From: a virus
Lineage: Duplodnaviria; Heunggongvirae; Uroviricota; Caudoviricetes
DNA length: 43,579 nucleotides
Virus record (IMG/VR): IMGVR_UViG_2671181030_000006
Reading direction: 5' to 3' (one strand)
Shown here in pieces: positions 8,575 through 17,759 of this stretch. The position numbers and the translations under genes are program-made. The notes under the pieces were generated by a model that was not told where the DNA came from, searched no databases, and saw nothing but the letters and a program-made list of their open reading frames with translations. Each line of letters begins with the position of its first letter. The first letter of the stretch is position 1.

Positions 8575-9285
8575 TCACACAAGTCTCAACTTAGTTTCTA
8601 CAGCCACACCAATGATCCGGCAATTCCCATTGATGGGAACCAATGGCCATTGAGGGTTTAAGCCCTTCAGGTACTTCTGGCCCCCATCAATAATCAGCTT
8701 TTTGAATGTCGCTTCGTTTGATTCGGATAGCTTTGCGATCACAAGGCTGCCATTTACTGGCTCTCGGCCGGTATCAAACAAAACGTAGGTACCCTCTGGT
8801 ATGCTGAGCCCGACCGGGGCAGTCATGGATTCCCCCTCGACCAACAACCAGAACGCATCCCCCTGGATGTGAGCGTCTGATTCTAGCCATAGATCGATAT
8901 CTTTAAGTGCATACGGCTCGCACGCTTCCGACCAATGCCCAGCCTGAATCTTGCTTAATACAGGGTATTTAATGCCTGGGGTGTACTGGCCTGCATACTT
9001 GGCATTCGATGTAGCGGAAGCACTCATTGCAGATATTTCTTTCGCAAGGCTGGGGCTAAAATCAGAGACATCCACCTGGAGGGCTCTGGCAAAAACAGCA
9101 GCCACGGCAGCATTAAGGGCATTCCTGCCATTCAAGTAATGCCCAACGCCCCCCTGAGATATGTCTAGCATGTCAGCTATTGATTGCTGTGTTATCCCAA
9201 GCTCTTTTTTCTTGGCTTCATAGAGGGCTTTCAGCCTTTCTGCGTCAGCGATCTGAGCCGATGTCAGTGTCTTTTTCTTTTCCAT
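8575..9285 (-). CDS. cI: CI-type prophage repressor: N-terminal HTH plus C-terminal LexA-like S24 autopeptidase domain
   Basis: Seen: HTH region (ITQQSIADMLDISQGGVGHYLNG), probable Ala-Gly cleavage site (IQAGHW), Ser (GESMT) and Lys (FKKL) catalytic-type residues. ATG 9285 chosen; the track begins at TTG 9291. Confidence 0.9.
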   Translation of the reverse strand: MEKKKTLTSAQIADAERLKALYEAKKKELGITQQSIADMLDISQGGVGHYLNGRNALNAAVAAVFARALQVDVSDFSPSLAKEISAMSASATSNAKYAGQYTPGIKYPVLSKIQAGHWSEACEPYALKDIDLWLESDAHIQGDAFWLLVEGESMTAPVGLSIPEGTYVLFDTGREPVNGSLVIAKLSESNEATFKKLIIDGGQKYLKGLNPQWPLVPINGNCRIIGVAVETKLRLV

Positions 9286-9296
9286 TTTCAAATAGT

Positions 9297-9358
9297 AATA
9301 CCAATGTTCTTATTTTAAAAATACTAGCGGTATTGCAATGTTTAATACTTGTGGTATT
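9297..9358. promoter_or_regulatory. OR-like operator cluster between cI and cro: AATAC-N5-GTATT at 9320-9334 and 9344-9358 plus a degenerate copy at 9297-9311; probable PRM/PR region
   Basis: Seen: perfect dyad sites 24 bp apart in the divergent cI/cro intergenic region, same motif as at OL. Confidence 0.65.
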
Positions 9359-9389
9359 GTTTACTCATGAGTTGATAGGAGCTAACCAC

Positions 9390-9581
9390 ATGAAAATTTC
9401 TTTAGCTGAATACGTTGACGAAGTTGGACAGGCAAGAGCTGCTGATGCCATCGGCGTTCACCAGACCGCAATTAGTAAAGCTATCCGGGTAGGGCGGAAG
9501 ATTTTCGTTAACACCCTGCCTGATGGAAAAATTAAGGCTGAGGAGATCAAGCCTTTCCCACATAACAGAAATCCTGATTAA
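9390..9581 (+). CDS. cro: Cro-like HTH repressor
   Basis: Seen: 63-aa ORF divergent from cI, Shine-Dalgarno GGAG upstream, HTH-like GVHQTAISKAIR. Inference from position. Confidence 0.7.
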   Translation: MKISLAEYVDEVGQARAADAIGVHQTAISKAIRVGRKIFVNTLPDGKIKAEEIKPFPHNRNPD

Positions 9582-9660
9582 ACAAAGCTGAATTGAGCAG
9601 TCAGCGGGTTCTGACTGAGTAATTCAGCCATTCCAAACACCACCAGAGGAAGTATCACAA

Positions 9661-9882
9661 ATGGAGCGTTCAACGACACGCAACAAAGTGGAGGCTCGCA
9701 GGATAGAAAGCTGGTTACACAGCCAGATAGCTGAACTGGGAACCACGAATATCGCCAAAGTGGCCGGAGTGAATAAGTCGACGGTGAGTCGCTGGCGGGA
9801 AAGTCTGCTGCCGAACATGTCGCTACTGCTGGCCATCCTGATTTCTAACAGGCCGGGAGAGAAAGGTGATTTTGAAGCATGA
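9661..9882 (+). CDS. cII: CII transcriptional activator
   Basis: Seen: RIESWLHSQIAELGTTNIAKVAGVNKSTVSRWRESLLPNMSLLLAIL closely resembles recalled lambda CII. Confidence 0.85.
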   Translation: MERSTTRNKVEARRIESWLHSQIAELGTTNIAKVAGVNKSTVSRWRESLLPNMSLLLAILISNRPGEKGDFEA

Positions 9883-9967
9883 GTGGAAACAGAAGGGCGA
9901 AAGCCGCAGTGCGGGAACACTAACGGCTTTCTACGCGAATTAACTGAACAAATTCACAGGAGTAATT

Positions 9968-10987
9968 ATGGCAAATACTGCCGAAGTAATCAATTTCCCT
10001 GTGCCGGAAAAGGTACAGCAGGAGAGTCGCATGGCTGATCTGGACAATGGCTATCTGCGCCTTGCTAACCAGATTCAGGACGCCTTGTGTGTAGTGGAGC
10101 TTTCGGGGCGCGAATTTCGCGTGCTGAATGCAATTGTTCGCCTGACGTATGGCTGGTCGAAAAAAGAAGACCGGATCGCTAACAGCCTCATCGCTGACAA
10201 AACCATGCTGGCGGTTAAGCACGTTTCTGAAGCGGTTCTCAGCCTTGCTTATCGCAACATCATCAAGGTTCGCAGGATTGGGCAAACACGATACATCGGG
10301 ATCAACACCTGTCTGGATGCATGGGCTTATACCAAACCGAAATGCCCTAAATGTCCGGTGAGTTTTCCGGTCGCTGAAGTTGAAACGCAGGTTATCACCA
10401 TCCCTGAAATTAGGGATAGCAGAATAGCCGCGCCAACCATCCCTGAAAACAGGGATAACCATCCCCAAAAACAGGGAAAGGTATCCCCGGAAACAGGGAA
10501 CACCAAAGACATTCTTTCAAAGACAAATATAAAAACAGATCTAACCCCTATAGTCCCCGCTGGGGACGAGTGTGGAAAACCAGATCCCGATCCGGTTATT
10601 CAGGAGCAGCCGAAGACCGACCCTGTAAGACTGGTTTTCACCCACTGGCAGAAAGAACATGACCACCCGTCAGCAAAACTCGACGACAAACGCCGCAAGC
10701 GCATCAAGGCGCGACTGGCGGAAGGCTTCACTGTGGACGAGCTGTGCCGGGCCATAACTGGCGCAAAAGGCGATCCGTGGCTTATGGGAAAGAACCCTTC
10801 CAGAAAGCGCTATGACGGCATTGAGACGCTCCTGCGAGACGCTGCTCAGGTCGAAAAACTTCGTGATATGGCCGGCGATGCTCACGCAATGGCAATTGCT
10901 CAGGGCCAGTACTCAGCCACAACGGCTCGCAACCTTGAAACCCTCCAGCGCTGGGCTGGCGGCACTGATTCAGGAGAACTTTTCTGA
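9968..10987 (+). CDS. Replication initiator protein (lambda O-like N-terminal domain), containing the origin iterons
   Basis: Seen: N-terminal LSGREFRVLNAIVRLTYGWSKKEDRIANS, typical of O-family initiators; iterons lie inside the gene; AGGAG Shine-Dalgarno. Confidence 0.85.
   Translation: MANTAEVINFPVPEKVQQESRMADLDNGYLRLANQIQDALCVVELSGREFRVLNAIVRLTYGWSKKEDRIANSLIADKTMLAVKHVSEAVLSLAYRNIIKVRRIGQTRYIGINTCLDAWAYTKPKCPKCPVSFPVAEVETQVITIPEIRDSRIAAPTIPENRDNHPQKQGKVSPETGNTKDILSKTNIKTDLTPIVPAGDECGKPDPDPVIQEQPKTDPVRLVFTHWQKEHDHPSAKLDDKRRKRIKARLAEGFTVDELCRAITGAKGDPWLMGKNPSRKRYDGIETLLRDAAQVEKLRDMAGDAHAMAIAQGQYSATTARNLETLQRWAGGTDSGELF
10400..10545. repeat. Candidate replication origin: four about 19-bp iterons (ATCCCTGAAAnnAGGGATA-type) followed by an AT-rich tract
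   Basis: Seen: four tandem iteron-like repeats between about 10400 and 10500, then an AT-rich stretch. Established knowledge: lambda ori lies within gene O and has this architecture. Confidence 0.7.
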
Positions 10988-11577
10988 TGAACGATTCTGA
11001 AAAACCAAAGTTCGCCCAGTCCATGGCAGCGATCGGCGAGATTTACGGAAAGGATATATCCGAGGTGATGGTGGGTATTTACTGGAATGCCCTCAAGCCT
11101 TACCCGGTTGAAGATGTGATGCGCTCCTTCCAGGGGCATACCCGCGATACCGACAACGGCCAGTTTTTCCCTAAGCCTGCGGATCTTCTTCGTCACATCG
11201 AAGGCAACAAAGATGGCAAAGCGCTGATGGCCTGGTCGAAAGCATACAGGGCAATCTGCAGTTATGGGCGCCGCAACAGCGTTGTGTTTGATGATCCGAT
11301 CATCCATGCGGTCATTGCCGATATGGGTGGGTGGATTGAATTTGCCGGGATGAGCGAAGAGGAATTGCCGTTCCGTTCCCGCGAGTTCGAAAAGCGTTAC
11401 CGCTCTTACCTGATAACCGGCGTCAGCAAGTGCGAAACGGTGATGATCGGCATGGATGATGCGCAGAACATGCGCGCGGGATTCCTGCGCGAACCAATGC
11501 CATTTCTGATTGGCGAGAAGGACAAGGCCAAGCTCATTCGCAACGGACAGGCGCTTCTTGAGAACAGGTGGCAATGA
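10987..11577 (+). CDS. Hypothetical replication-module protein (at the position of a helicase loader, but no ATPase or lambda-P motif seen)
   Basis: Seen: 196-aa ORF; start overlaps the O-like stop. Confidence 0.6.
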   Translation: MNDSEKPKFAQSMAAIGEIYGKDISEVMVGIYWNALKPYPVEDVMRSFQGHTRDTDNGQFFPKPADLLRHIEGNKDGKALMAWSKAYRAICSYGRRNSVVFDDPIIHAVIADMGGWIEFAGMSEEELPFRSREFEKRYRSYLITGVSKCETVMIGMDDAQNMRAGFLREPMPFLIGEKDKAKLIRNGQALLENRWQ

Positions 11578-11870
11578 TGACAGGCAAAGACGCAATTCTG
11601 AACTACCTGAAAACGCATAAAACCTGCAGCTCTCCAGATGTCGCCGCGGCTTCAGGAATGACGCATACCTGCATCAACCAGGCTGCAAATATCCTGGCAA
11701 AGCAGGGGGTGCTGGTAGCGGAAGCTCGGGTGTGGCGTACGGTTTACTACCGGTTGGCCACTGAAGAAGAAATTTCAGGCAGGAAGAGCACCAATCAGAT
11801 TTTTAACGAGTGTCGGCAAAGCCCGGCGATGAAGCGGGTACTGGCTGTTTACGGGAGAACATCAGCATGA
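11574..11870 (+). CDS. Hypothetical protein, possible winged-helix DNA-binding
   Basis: Seen: ORF with overlapping start (ATGATGA). Inference only. Confidence 0.5.
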   Translation: MMTGKDAILNYLKTHKTCSSPDVAAASGMTHTCINQAANILAKQGVLVAEARVWRTVYYRLATEEEISGRKSTNQIFNECRQSPAMKRVLAVYGRTSA

Positions 11871-12490
11871 CTATCACACTACAGGCAGTAAACGAGCTCA
11901 TCGCCTTCTTGGAGAGCGCAGGCGAGCTGTCGATCAGAGAGCAGAAGTATCTGGACGTTATGCGCTGGGCGATTCGTGTTGCTGGCGAGCGTGATGCGGC
12001 GCTGAATGCAGAGCTTGTATGGGAAAAGACCATGATGGAAGCTTGCGGCGAGGATGGCCCTGCGTCGGTAGCCAACGAAATTCGCTCGTTGCGGGCTCTA
12101 CGGGATACGGCAATTCAGGCGCTTAAGTCTCAGGTTGAGCAGCTGTCTGCGGAGAATGTGGCGCTGAAGGCAGCCGTTGCGGAAGAAATTGAAGTTATCA
12201 ATCGTGGTGGACAGCGGTATTGCGTGAAGGACGGCATGTCTATAAACCCGATATATGCGCGCGGATGGAATGACCACCGGGCTAATTTGACAGCAGTAGA
12301 AACCCCCGCCACAGATCGCTTCGTAGTCGGGATTAAGGCTGATGGGGTGGAAGAGTTTGCAGCGATGACAGAAAAAGTTGGTGATGAAGAGGAGTTTTAC
12401 GATCACGGGGAGTCTTCTGAGACGCTGAAATACACGGCTAAGCAAGCAAGATTATTCGCCCAGCAGCTGCGCGATGGGGCCGACAAATGA
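11867..12490 (+). CDS. Hypothetical protein
   Basis: Seen: ORF starting MTITLQAV at an ATGA overlap with the upstream stop; the track ORF starts earlier at 11810. Confidence 0.55.
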   Translation: MTITLQAVNELIAFLESAGELSIREQKYLDVMRWAIRVAGERDAALNAELVWEKTMMEACGEDGPASVANEIRSLRALRDTAIQALKSQVEQLSAENVALKAAVAEEIEVINRGGQRYCVKDGMSINPIYARGWNDHRANLTAVETPATDRFVVGIKADGVEEFAAMTEKVGDEEEFYDHGESSETLKYTAKQARLFAQQLRDGADK

Positions 12491-13062
12491 CCAAATCAAC
12501 CATAACCAGAGAGCGAATAGCTCAGATAGCAAATCCTGGCGCATGGGTGAAGTGTACGCACGAAGAGGTGCAGGAACTAGCCCGCATGGCTCTGGCCGCA
12601 ATGGACAGCGAGTCTGAGTGTTTGCCTATCGACTACCTACAGGGACACAAAGACGGTCTGGAGTGGGCCGCCAAACTGGCGGAAGCCAACCACCCTGAAA
12701 CCGGAGACTGGCTTTACGATGACCCTATCGAGCTGGCAAAAGCTATTCGCAAAGGTCCAGATATGCCGCCAGCGCAGCCGGTAGCGGACAGCGAGCCGGT
12801 GGCGGTAATTGACCTGGCTAACCTTGATTATCTCCTAAGTGGTGCTGATGCCGATGTGTGGCCTCCTGAGCGCGAAGAGATGGGAGATGTGCTTCTCTGT
12901 CGCCACGCGCAGCCAGCGACGGTAGTGCCGAAAGACCATCAAATCCGCGAACTGGTTAATCAGTTGCGCGATATTGCGATTGAATATCATGGGACACAGC
13001 AACTTCGTGAACGCATTGCGCGGGTTCTACGCGCCGCCATGCTCAACGGAGGTAAGTCATGA
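12487..13062 (+). CDS. Hypothetical protein
   Basis: Seen: 191-aa ORF translationally coupled to its neighbours. Confidence 0.55.
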   Translation: MTKSTITRERIAQIANPGAWVKCTHEEVQELARMALAAMDSESECLPIDYLQGHKDGLEWAAKLAEANHPETGDWLYDDPIELAKAIRKGPDMPPAQPVADSEPVAVIDLANLDYLLSGADADVWPPEREEMGDVLLCRHAQPATVVPKDHQIRELVNQLRDIAIEYHGTQQLRERIARVLRAAMLNGGKS

Positions 13063-13526
13063 AATTCGAAGAATGGTTATCGCAACAAAACGGCGTCATT
13101 GAGGTTGATTGCGGCTGTGTTACCTCTGAAGCTTTTTATCACTGGATGCGCGTAGCTTATGAGGCTGGCAACTCTCAGGTGATTCCGGATGGTTGGACAT
13201 GCAACGATAAAGCAAACGCAGCGCTGATGATGCTTGATCGGATTGAAACGGTAGACCCTGTTGATGATGACCGTATCGACAGCATTAAGCGCATTGTTCG
13301 TGAGCTCGCAGCCGCCCCGCAGTCTCCCGGCAGTGACCCTGCCACCGTGCCGGGTAAATGGATTCCGGTAAGCGAGCGGATGCCGGAGAATGATGTATCT
13401 GTTCTCACATTCGACGGAATGTATAAGCGAGTTCATCATGCCATGTATGGTCATTGGCAGTGCTGGGAGCCAGAGAAAATCACCCACTGGATGCCGCTGC
13501 CAGCAGCGCCGCAGGAGGTGAGGTGA
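13059..13526 (+). CDS. Phage protein with DUF551-like C-terminal region
   Basis: Seen: WIPVSERMPENDVSVLTF...HWMPLPAAP pattern. Family assignment is from memory of the Pfam signature. Confidence 0.55.
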   Translation: MKFEEWLSQQNGVIEVDCGCVTSEAFYHWMRVAYEAGNSQVIPDGWTCNDKANAALMMLDRIETVDPVDDDRIDSIKRIVRELAAAPQSPGSDPATVPGKWIPVSERMPENDVSVLTFDGMYKRVHHAMYGHWQCWEPEKITHWMPLPAAPQEVR

Positions 13527-13648
13527 TGACCAAGTGCAATGCTCTGCTTTATGCCATGGTGATTGGCTTCGGCCTGGTTGCTGGTATCCGGGTTTATATT
13601 GCCTGGGAGTCATTAATCAATCTGGCGTGGAGTGCGATTCGTGGCTAA
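13526..13648 (+). CDS. Small hydrophobic protein (40 aa)
   Basis: Seen: strong Shine-Dalgarno GGAGGTGAGG, ATGA overlap, one predicted transmembrane helix. Confidence 0.4.
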   Translation: MTKCNALLYAMVIGFGLVAGIRVYIAWESLINLAWSAIRG

Positions 13649-13724
13649 ATCCCCCGCAGAACGCAAAGCCGCGCAGCTAATCTGTTAGTGATATATAATC
13701 CCCTTCATAACCTGAGGGGGATTT

Positions 13725-13973
13725 ATGTTTAAAGAAAAAATGAACCTTGAAGCTGGCTACACTCTTTTGGACGATGGAACAGTCAGGAGGGGGCATTTAG
13801 CAAGCCGCATAGATAGAAGTTACATTGTCCTGGATGAGAATCAGAACAAAATTGGCACAGCTACAGTGACTGTTATCGAGCAAACCAAGCCGCCATTTAA
13901 GGAAGATGTTCATATTGTGAGAAAGGACCTTGATGGAAACGTGGTTCTGGATGTGCGATATGTAGATGATTAA
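13725..13973 (+). CDS. Hypothetical protein (AT-rich nin-region moron, gene 1)
   Basis: Seen: 82-aa ORF with GAGGGGGA Shine-Dalgarno. Confidence 0.5.
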   Translation: MFKEKMNLEAGYTLLDDGTVRRGHLASRIDRSYIVLDENQNKIGTATVTVIEQTKPPFKEDVHIVRKDLDGNVVLDVRYVDD

Positions 13974-13975
13974 TC

Positions 13976-14233
13976 ATGAGTAAATTCAACATTGCAGCCA
14001 AATCGAAAGACGATCAGGACAAGGTCAACGTCGACCTGGCAGCGTCCGGCGTCGCTTACAAAGAGCGCCTGAACATGCCGGTTGTCGCCGAAGTGGTGGC
14101 CAGAGAGCAGCCTGAGCATCTACGTGAGTATTTCATGGAGCGCGTCCGCTACTACCGCGAGCAGAGCATCCAACTCCCCAAGGCATCCGATCCGCGCTAT
14201 ATTGAAATGGCCGAGCAGAACTCTAAGAAATAG
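13976..14233 (+). CDS. Hypothetical protein (nin-region moron, gene 2)
   Basis: Seen: 85-aa ORF. Confidence 0.5.
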   Translation: MSKFNIAAKSKDDQDKVNVDLAASGVAYKERLNMPVVAEVVAREQPEHLREYFMERVRYYREQSIQLPKASDPRYIEMAEQNSKK

Positions 14234-14252
14234 CCGATTAATCGAGGGTGAA

Positions 14253-14531
14253 ATGAATAAAATTCAATATTTGCTAGTAGGATACGGGCGTGATGGAGAA
14301 ATCCATGAAGATACAGAATTAAAAAGCAGGTTGACTATTTTTGAATCATCAGTAGGCAGTAGTCATCGGCCGCCAAACGCACAATTCAATCGTTCATATG
14401 ATGTTCATTTGATTCCAGTAGATGGCAAAGTCTACGCGGTTGGTGTTGGGCGAACTTTACATGGCAATGAGTTGCCTGATTTAATTTCTCTATCTGGTAT
14501 ATCTCCTGTTCCCAAGGAATTTACCCATTAG
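14253..14531 (+). CDS. Hypothetical protein (nin-region moron, gene 3; AT-rich)
   Basis: Seen: 92-aa ORF from ATG 14253 with GAGGGTGA Shine-Dalgarno; the track ORF begins earlier. Confidence 0.45.
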   Translation: MNKIQYLLVGYGRDGEIHEDTELKSRLTIFESSVGSSHRPPNAQFNRSYDVHLIPVDGKVYAVGVGRTLHGNELPDLISLSGISPVPKEFTH

Positions 14532-14621
14532 TTGTCCATTGATTTATAAGCATCAGCCATCCATAATTACTTGGTCAGTCTGGACAACTGACAACTTTAC
14601 CCCGGCGCCAAGTGGGGACAC

Positions 14622-15218
14622 ATGGCGCAAACACTGCAATTTGAGAAAAGTTATCAAAACGTACTGATTCCCGCAGAGCCGGGAACCAGCGAATACCTGC
14701 AACTTATCCCCGTAGGGCAACTGCTTTGCGGTGAGTTCCGCAAGCCCAGGAATTACGCATTCCACAAGAAGTTCTTCAAACTTCTGACTCTCGGGTATCA
14801 CTACTGGACGCCTTCCGGTGGTCTCATTGAGCCCGCGGAGCGTACCCTCATATCCGGTTTTATCGACTTTCTCTCATCCGACCTCGATCAGCGCGCTGCA
14901 CTCCAGAATGCCGCGGAGATGTATCTCTCCTCGGTCGGTATATCCCGTTCCCGCGATATGGCGCTGCTGAAACACTTCGAATCCTTCCGCGAGTGGGCAA
15001 CCATTCAGGCTGGCTTTTATGACGAATACCAGATGCCTGACGGCAGCCGTCGTCGTGTCGCAAAGTCGATCTCCTTCGCCAGCATGGACGACAGCCAGTT
15101 TAACGGCGTCTACAAATCAGTGCTGAATGTGCTTTGGAACTACATTCTGCGTCGCAAGTTCCACTCGCCGGCTGAGGCTGAAAACGCCGCCAGTCAGCTG
15201 CTGAGCTTTGCGGGGTGA
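14622..15218 (+). CDS. DUF1367-family protein (YbcN-like)
   Basis: Seen: 198-aa ORF upstream of a YbcO-like gene and rusA. Assignment rests on synteny with DLP12 ybcN-ninE-ybcO-rusA and on memory. Confidence 0.6.
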   Translation: MAQTLQFEKSYQNVLIPAEPGTSEYLQLIPVGQLLCGEFRKPRNYAFHKKFFKLLTLGYHYWTPSGGLIEPAERTLISGFIDFLSSDLDQRAALQNAAEMYLSSVGISRSRDMALLKHFESFREWATIQAGFYDEYQMPDGSRRRVAKSISFASMDDSQFNGVYKSVLNVLWNYILRRKFHSPAEAENAASQLLSFAG

Positions 15219-15424
15219 TGGCGATGAAATACTCATGGTTCCAGCATCCCGACTGCACAACCGAGCAGGCCGAACAGTTAGTGTCCAGATATCAGGCGCG
15301 AGGCATTGTCACAGAGAAAAGCCTTAACGCGGATTATCTGAGTTGGACGGTCAGCGCCCGGCTGCCGGTTTGTGTTCGCCCGGAGCATACTCCGCGATCA
15401 CTTCGTCAACGTATATGGGGGTGA
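15215..15424 (+). CDS. Hypothetical small protein (NinE position)
   Basis: Seen: 69-aa ORF with ATGA overlap. Confidence 0.45.
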   Translation: MMAMKYSWFQHPDCTTEQAEQLVSRYQARGIVTEKSLNADYLSWTVSARLPVCVRPEHTPRSLRQRIWG

Positions 15425-15426
15425 GC

Positions 15427-15717
15427 ATGGCCAATCTTCGTAAAGCAGCTCGCGGTCGTGAATGCCAGGTTCGCATCCCGGGCGTCTGCAACGGCAACCC
15501 TGAAACCACGGTATTGGCCCATATCCGCATTGCTGGATTGTGCGGGACGGGGATTAAGCCGCCTGATCTGCTCGCCGCTATCGCCTGTTCATCCTGTCAC
15601 GATGAAATAGACCGCCGCACGCGCCTGGTAGATGCGGAGTATGCGAAGGAGTGCGCGCTGGAGGGAATGGCCAGAACGCAGGTTATCTGGATGAAAGAGG
15701 GGTTGATAAAAGCATGA
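15427..15717 (+). CDS. DUF1364-family protein (YbcO-like, Cys/His-rich putative nuclease)
   Basis: Seen: [32 protein letters not shown] resembles recalled E. coli YbcO; GGGGTGAG Shine-Dalgarno. Confidence 0.7.
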   Translation: MANLRKAARGRECQVRIPGVCNGNPETTVLAHIRIAGLCGTGIKPPDLLAAIACSSCHDEIDRRTRLVDAEYAKECALEGMARTQVIWMKEGLIKA

Positions 15718-16076
15718 ACCAATATCGCATTTCATTGCCCTGGCCGCCGAGCAATAACCGCTACTACCGCCATAATCGCGGGCGCACGCACATCAGCTCA
15801 GAAGGGCAGGCATACCGCGATAACGTCGCCCGAATCATTAAAAACGCAATGCTGGATATCGGTCTGGCTATGCCTGTGAAAATCCGCATTGAGTGCCACA
15901 TGCCAGATCGCCGCCGCCGTGACCTGGACAACCTACAAAAGGCCGCATTCGACGCGCTGACGAAATCGGGTTTCTGGCTCGATGACCAGCAGGTTGACTA
16001 CTACAGCGTGAAGAGAATGCCTGTCGTCAAAGGTGGGCGGCTTGAGCTAACCATTACTGAAATGGAGTCCGCATGA
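15714..16076 (+). CDS. rusA: RusA Holliday-junction resolvase
   Basis: Seen: [79 protein letters not shown] is near-identical to recalled E. coli RusA. Confidence 0.92.
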   Translation: MNQYRISLPWPPSNNRYYRHNRGRTHISSEGQAYRDNVARIIKNAMLDIGLAMPVKIRIECHMPDRRRRDLDNLQKAAFDALTKSGFWLDDQQVDYYSVKRMPVVKGGRLELTITEMESA

Positions 16077-16213
16077 GCCGTGACGTTATCGAACGCATCC
16101 GCGACCGCTGGCAAAAGCTTCGCCTCCTGCGTAGCCGCGGCACCGTGCTGGTCGACTACAAAATATTACGCAATTTCGTCCGTATCTATAAGCGCCTGGG
16201 AGAAGCAGCATGA
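16073..16213 (+). CDS. Small basic protein (46 aa), YlcG-like position between rusA and Q
   Basis: Seen: [53 protein letters not shown]-coupled at both ends; not in the ORF track because it is under 60 aa. Confidence 0.5.
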   Translation: MSRDVIERIRDRWQKLRLLRSRGTVLVDYKILRNFVRIYKRLGEAA

Positions 16214-16899
16214 CAGCTCAATACTTGGAATTTGTTCGCCAGCAGCTGATAGTGGCCACCGCCGATCTGAGTGGTGCGACGAAAGGGCAACTGGTAGCTT
16301 TTGCAGAGAACGCGCAATTTACCGCTACGGCGCGCAGCCGTGGCCGGAAGAAGGTGTATAGCGAGGTGAAGCAAAAAATGGTTAACCCGGATGGACCGCC
16401 GATGAGCGGCAGCCAGTCCCGCGCTAAGGGTTCCTCAATCGCTCTCGTTCTGCCCGTTGAATACTCGACAGCCAGCTGGCGCCGCGCCCTCCTGTCGCTG
16501 GAAGACCACCAGAAATCCTGGTTGCTGTGGAACTACAGCGACAATATCCGCTTTGAGTATCAGGTAGCGATAACACAGTGGGCATGGGAAGAATTCCGTG
16601 ATCAACTCGGCGCTAAGAAAGTGGCCGGCAAGACGATGGAGCGGCTGAAGAAACTGATATGGCTGGCGGCACAGGACGTGAAAGCAGAGCTGGCGGGTAA
16701 GTATGTATATCAGCACCAGGACCTTGCAGCCCTGTGTGGCGTTAAGCCTGATAACTGGTGCCATAACTACGCTGATTACTGGCGGGCTATGTGCGCCATT
16801 TTTAAGCGGCTTGATAGCGACTCTCTTCTCTGTGCTGTGAGAACACGATCACAACAAAAAGCGACTTTTTCGCAGCAGGGTCTTGCAAAAGTCAATTAA
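16210..16899 (+). CDS. Late-gene antitermination protein Q
   Basis: Seen: 229-aa ORF directly upstream of a short leader, a strong terminator and the lysis cassette. Inference from position and size; sequence recognition is moderate. Confidence 0.75.
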   Translation: MTAQYLEFVRQQLIVATADLSGATKGQLVAFAENAQFTATARSRGRKKVYSEVKQKMVNPDGPPMSGSQSRAKGSSIALVLPVEYSTASWRRALLSLEDHQKSWLLWNYSDNIRFEYQVAITQWAWEEFRDQLGAKKVAGKTMERLKKLIWLAAQDVKAELAGKYVYQHQDLAALCGVKPDNWCHNYADYWRAMCAIFKRLDSDSLLCAVRTRSQQKATFSQQGLAKVN

Positions 16900-16987
16900 A
16901 TACGTCATATTTGAGTCTACTTTGATATGCTGCCTTAACTTTAAGTGGCGGCATGAAGATGATAGTCATATACCAGTTTGTAAAATT

Positions 16988-17016
16988 AGCCTCGGCAATC
17001 CGCCGGGGCTTTTTTA
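16988..17016 (+). terminator. Strong intrinsic terminator (tR'-like) after the Q-proximal leader
   Basis: Seen: 9-bp stem AGCCUCGGC/GCCGGGGCU with a 5-nt loop, followed by UUUUUU. Confidence 0.65.
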
Positions 17017-17325
17017 TGCCTGCGATCCGGTCAGGGCTCTTGGGTAGAGACGTGCTGCACGACACGTCAAAGCCCTTCCGCGCAGAGCCCTGAACCAGAT
17101 TGAAGTTACTCAGCAATAAGAAAACTGCATGTCATCATTTGCTTATATCTTATTGACCAGAAAATTAACATGTTGTTAATCTATTCGTGTGGTGAATCCC
17201 CCTATGCGGAGGGGCGACCAGTCAAACTTTTTTGTCCAGGTTTGTTTGCGCGGAACTAGTCGGCTGGGGCTGTTCCACCGGGAGGCACCCGGCGCCACCT
17301 CCTTGACGGTATTGTTATTTTTCAT

Positions 17326-17352
17326 GCCTGTTCGTCCGAGCAGGCTTTTTTT
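17326..17352 (+). terminator. Second intrinsic terminator in the Q-to-lysis spacer
   Basis: Seen: GCCTGTTCGTCCGAGCAGGC hairpin followed by TTTTTTT. Confidence 0.5.
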
Positions 17353-17400
17353 GCCCGCATTATCTTCATTGAAAACTGGCAACTCAGAGAATCATCCAAA

Positions 17401-17554
17401 TTAAAAAAGCAGCAACGAGAGCGATTACTAATACATTCTTCGCTTTTTCTCTTCTGCTGGCCTTCACAAAAGGATTCACTATCCGGCAGTGGCTACACAC
17501 AAGTGATTCTGGGTTAATTAACTTTCCGCAGTAGGGGCAGGGCTTGATAATCAT
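17401..17554 (-). CDS. Possible small zinc-ribbon protein with C-terminal hydrophobic helix (50 aa), antisense to late transcription
   Basis: Seen: MIIKPCPYCGKLINPESLVCSHCRIVNPFVKASRREKAKNVLVIALVAAFL; no clear Shine-Dalgarno. Confidence 0.3.
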
Positions 17555-17759
17555 TGGTACTAATTAAGTTGTGAGAACGTAGTCTCATTTAACCACATTT
17601 ATCGAGTTGTTTTACTAATGGTCTAGTTATTTCAGACATATTCATCAATTTCAGGCTCACGGGAATCATCCGCTACGTGCTTTGTTGATAAATCCAGCCC
17701 GTGAAGCCTGACCCTTTTCAAACACACACAGCGCCATCCGAAAAATCGGAGGTGAGGCT

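Noticed and set aside
8408-8653. 81-aa + strand ORF downstream of cI containing repeated ITQTSLQAT peptides
   Set aside because: The peptide repeat is simply the translation of the 26-bp DNA direct repeat; the ORF overlaps the cI 3' end on the opposite strand and has no ribosome-binding site. Treated as a non-coding repeat element.
9624-10468. Minus-strand ORFs of 98 and 182 aa overlapping cII and the O-like gene
   Set aside because: Antisense to confidently recognised genes (CII, O-like initiator); no ribosome-binding site support.
10900-11595. 231-aa minus-strand ORF overlapping the replication-module gene
   Set aside because: Antisense to a coupled + strand gene chain; composition consistent with a shadow ORF.
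16892-17404. ORFs 16892-17116 (-), 17176-17382 (-) and 17189-17404 (+) in the Q-to-lysis spacer
   Set aside because: They overlap two hairpin terminators and each other, have no ribosome-binding site, and read like translated non-coding DNA.
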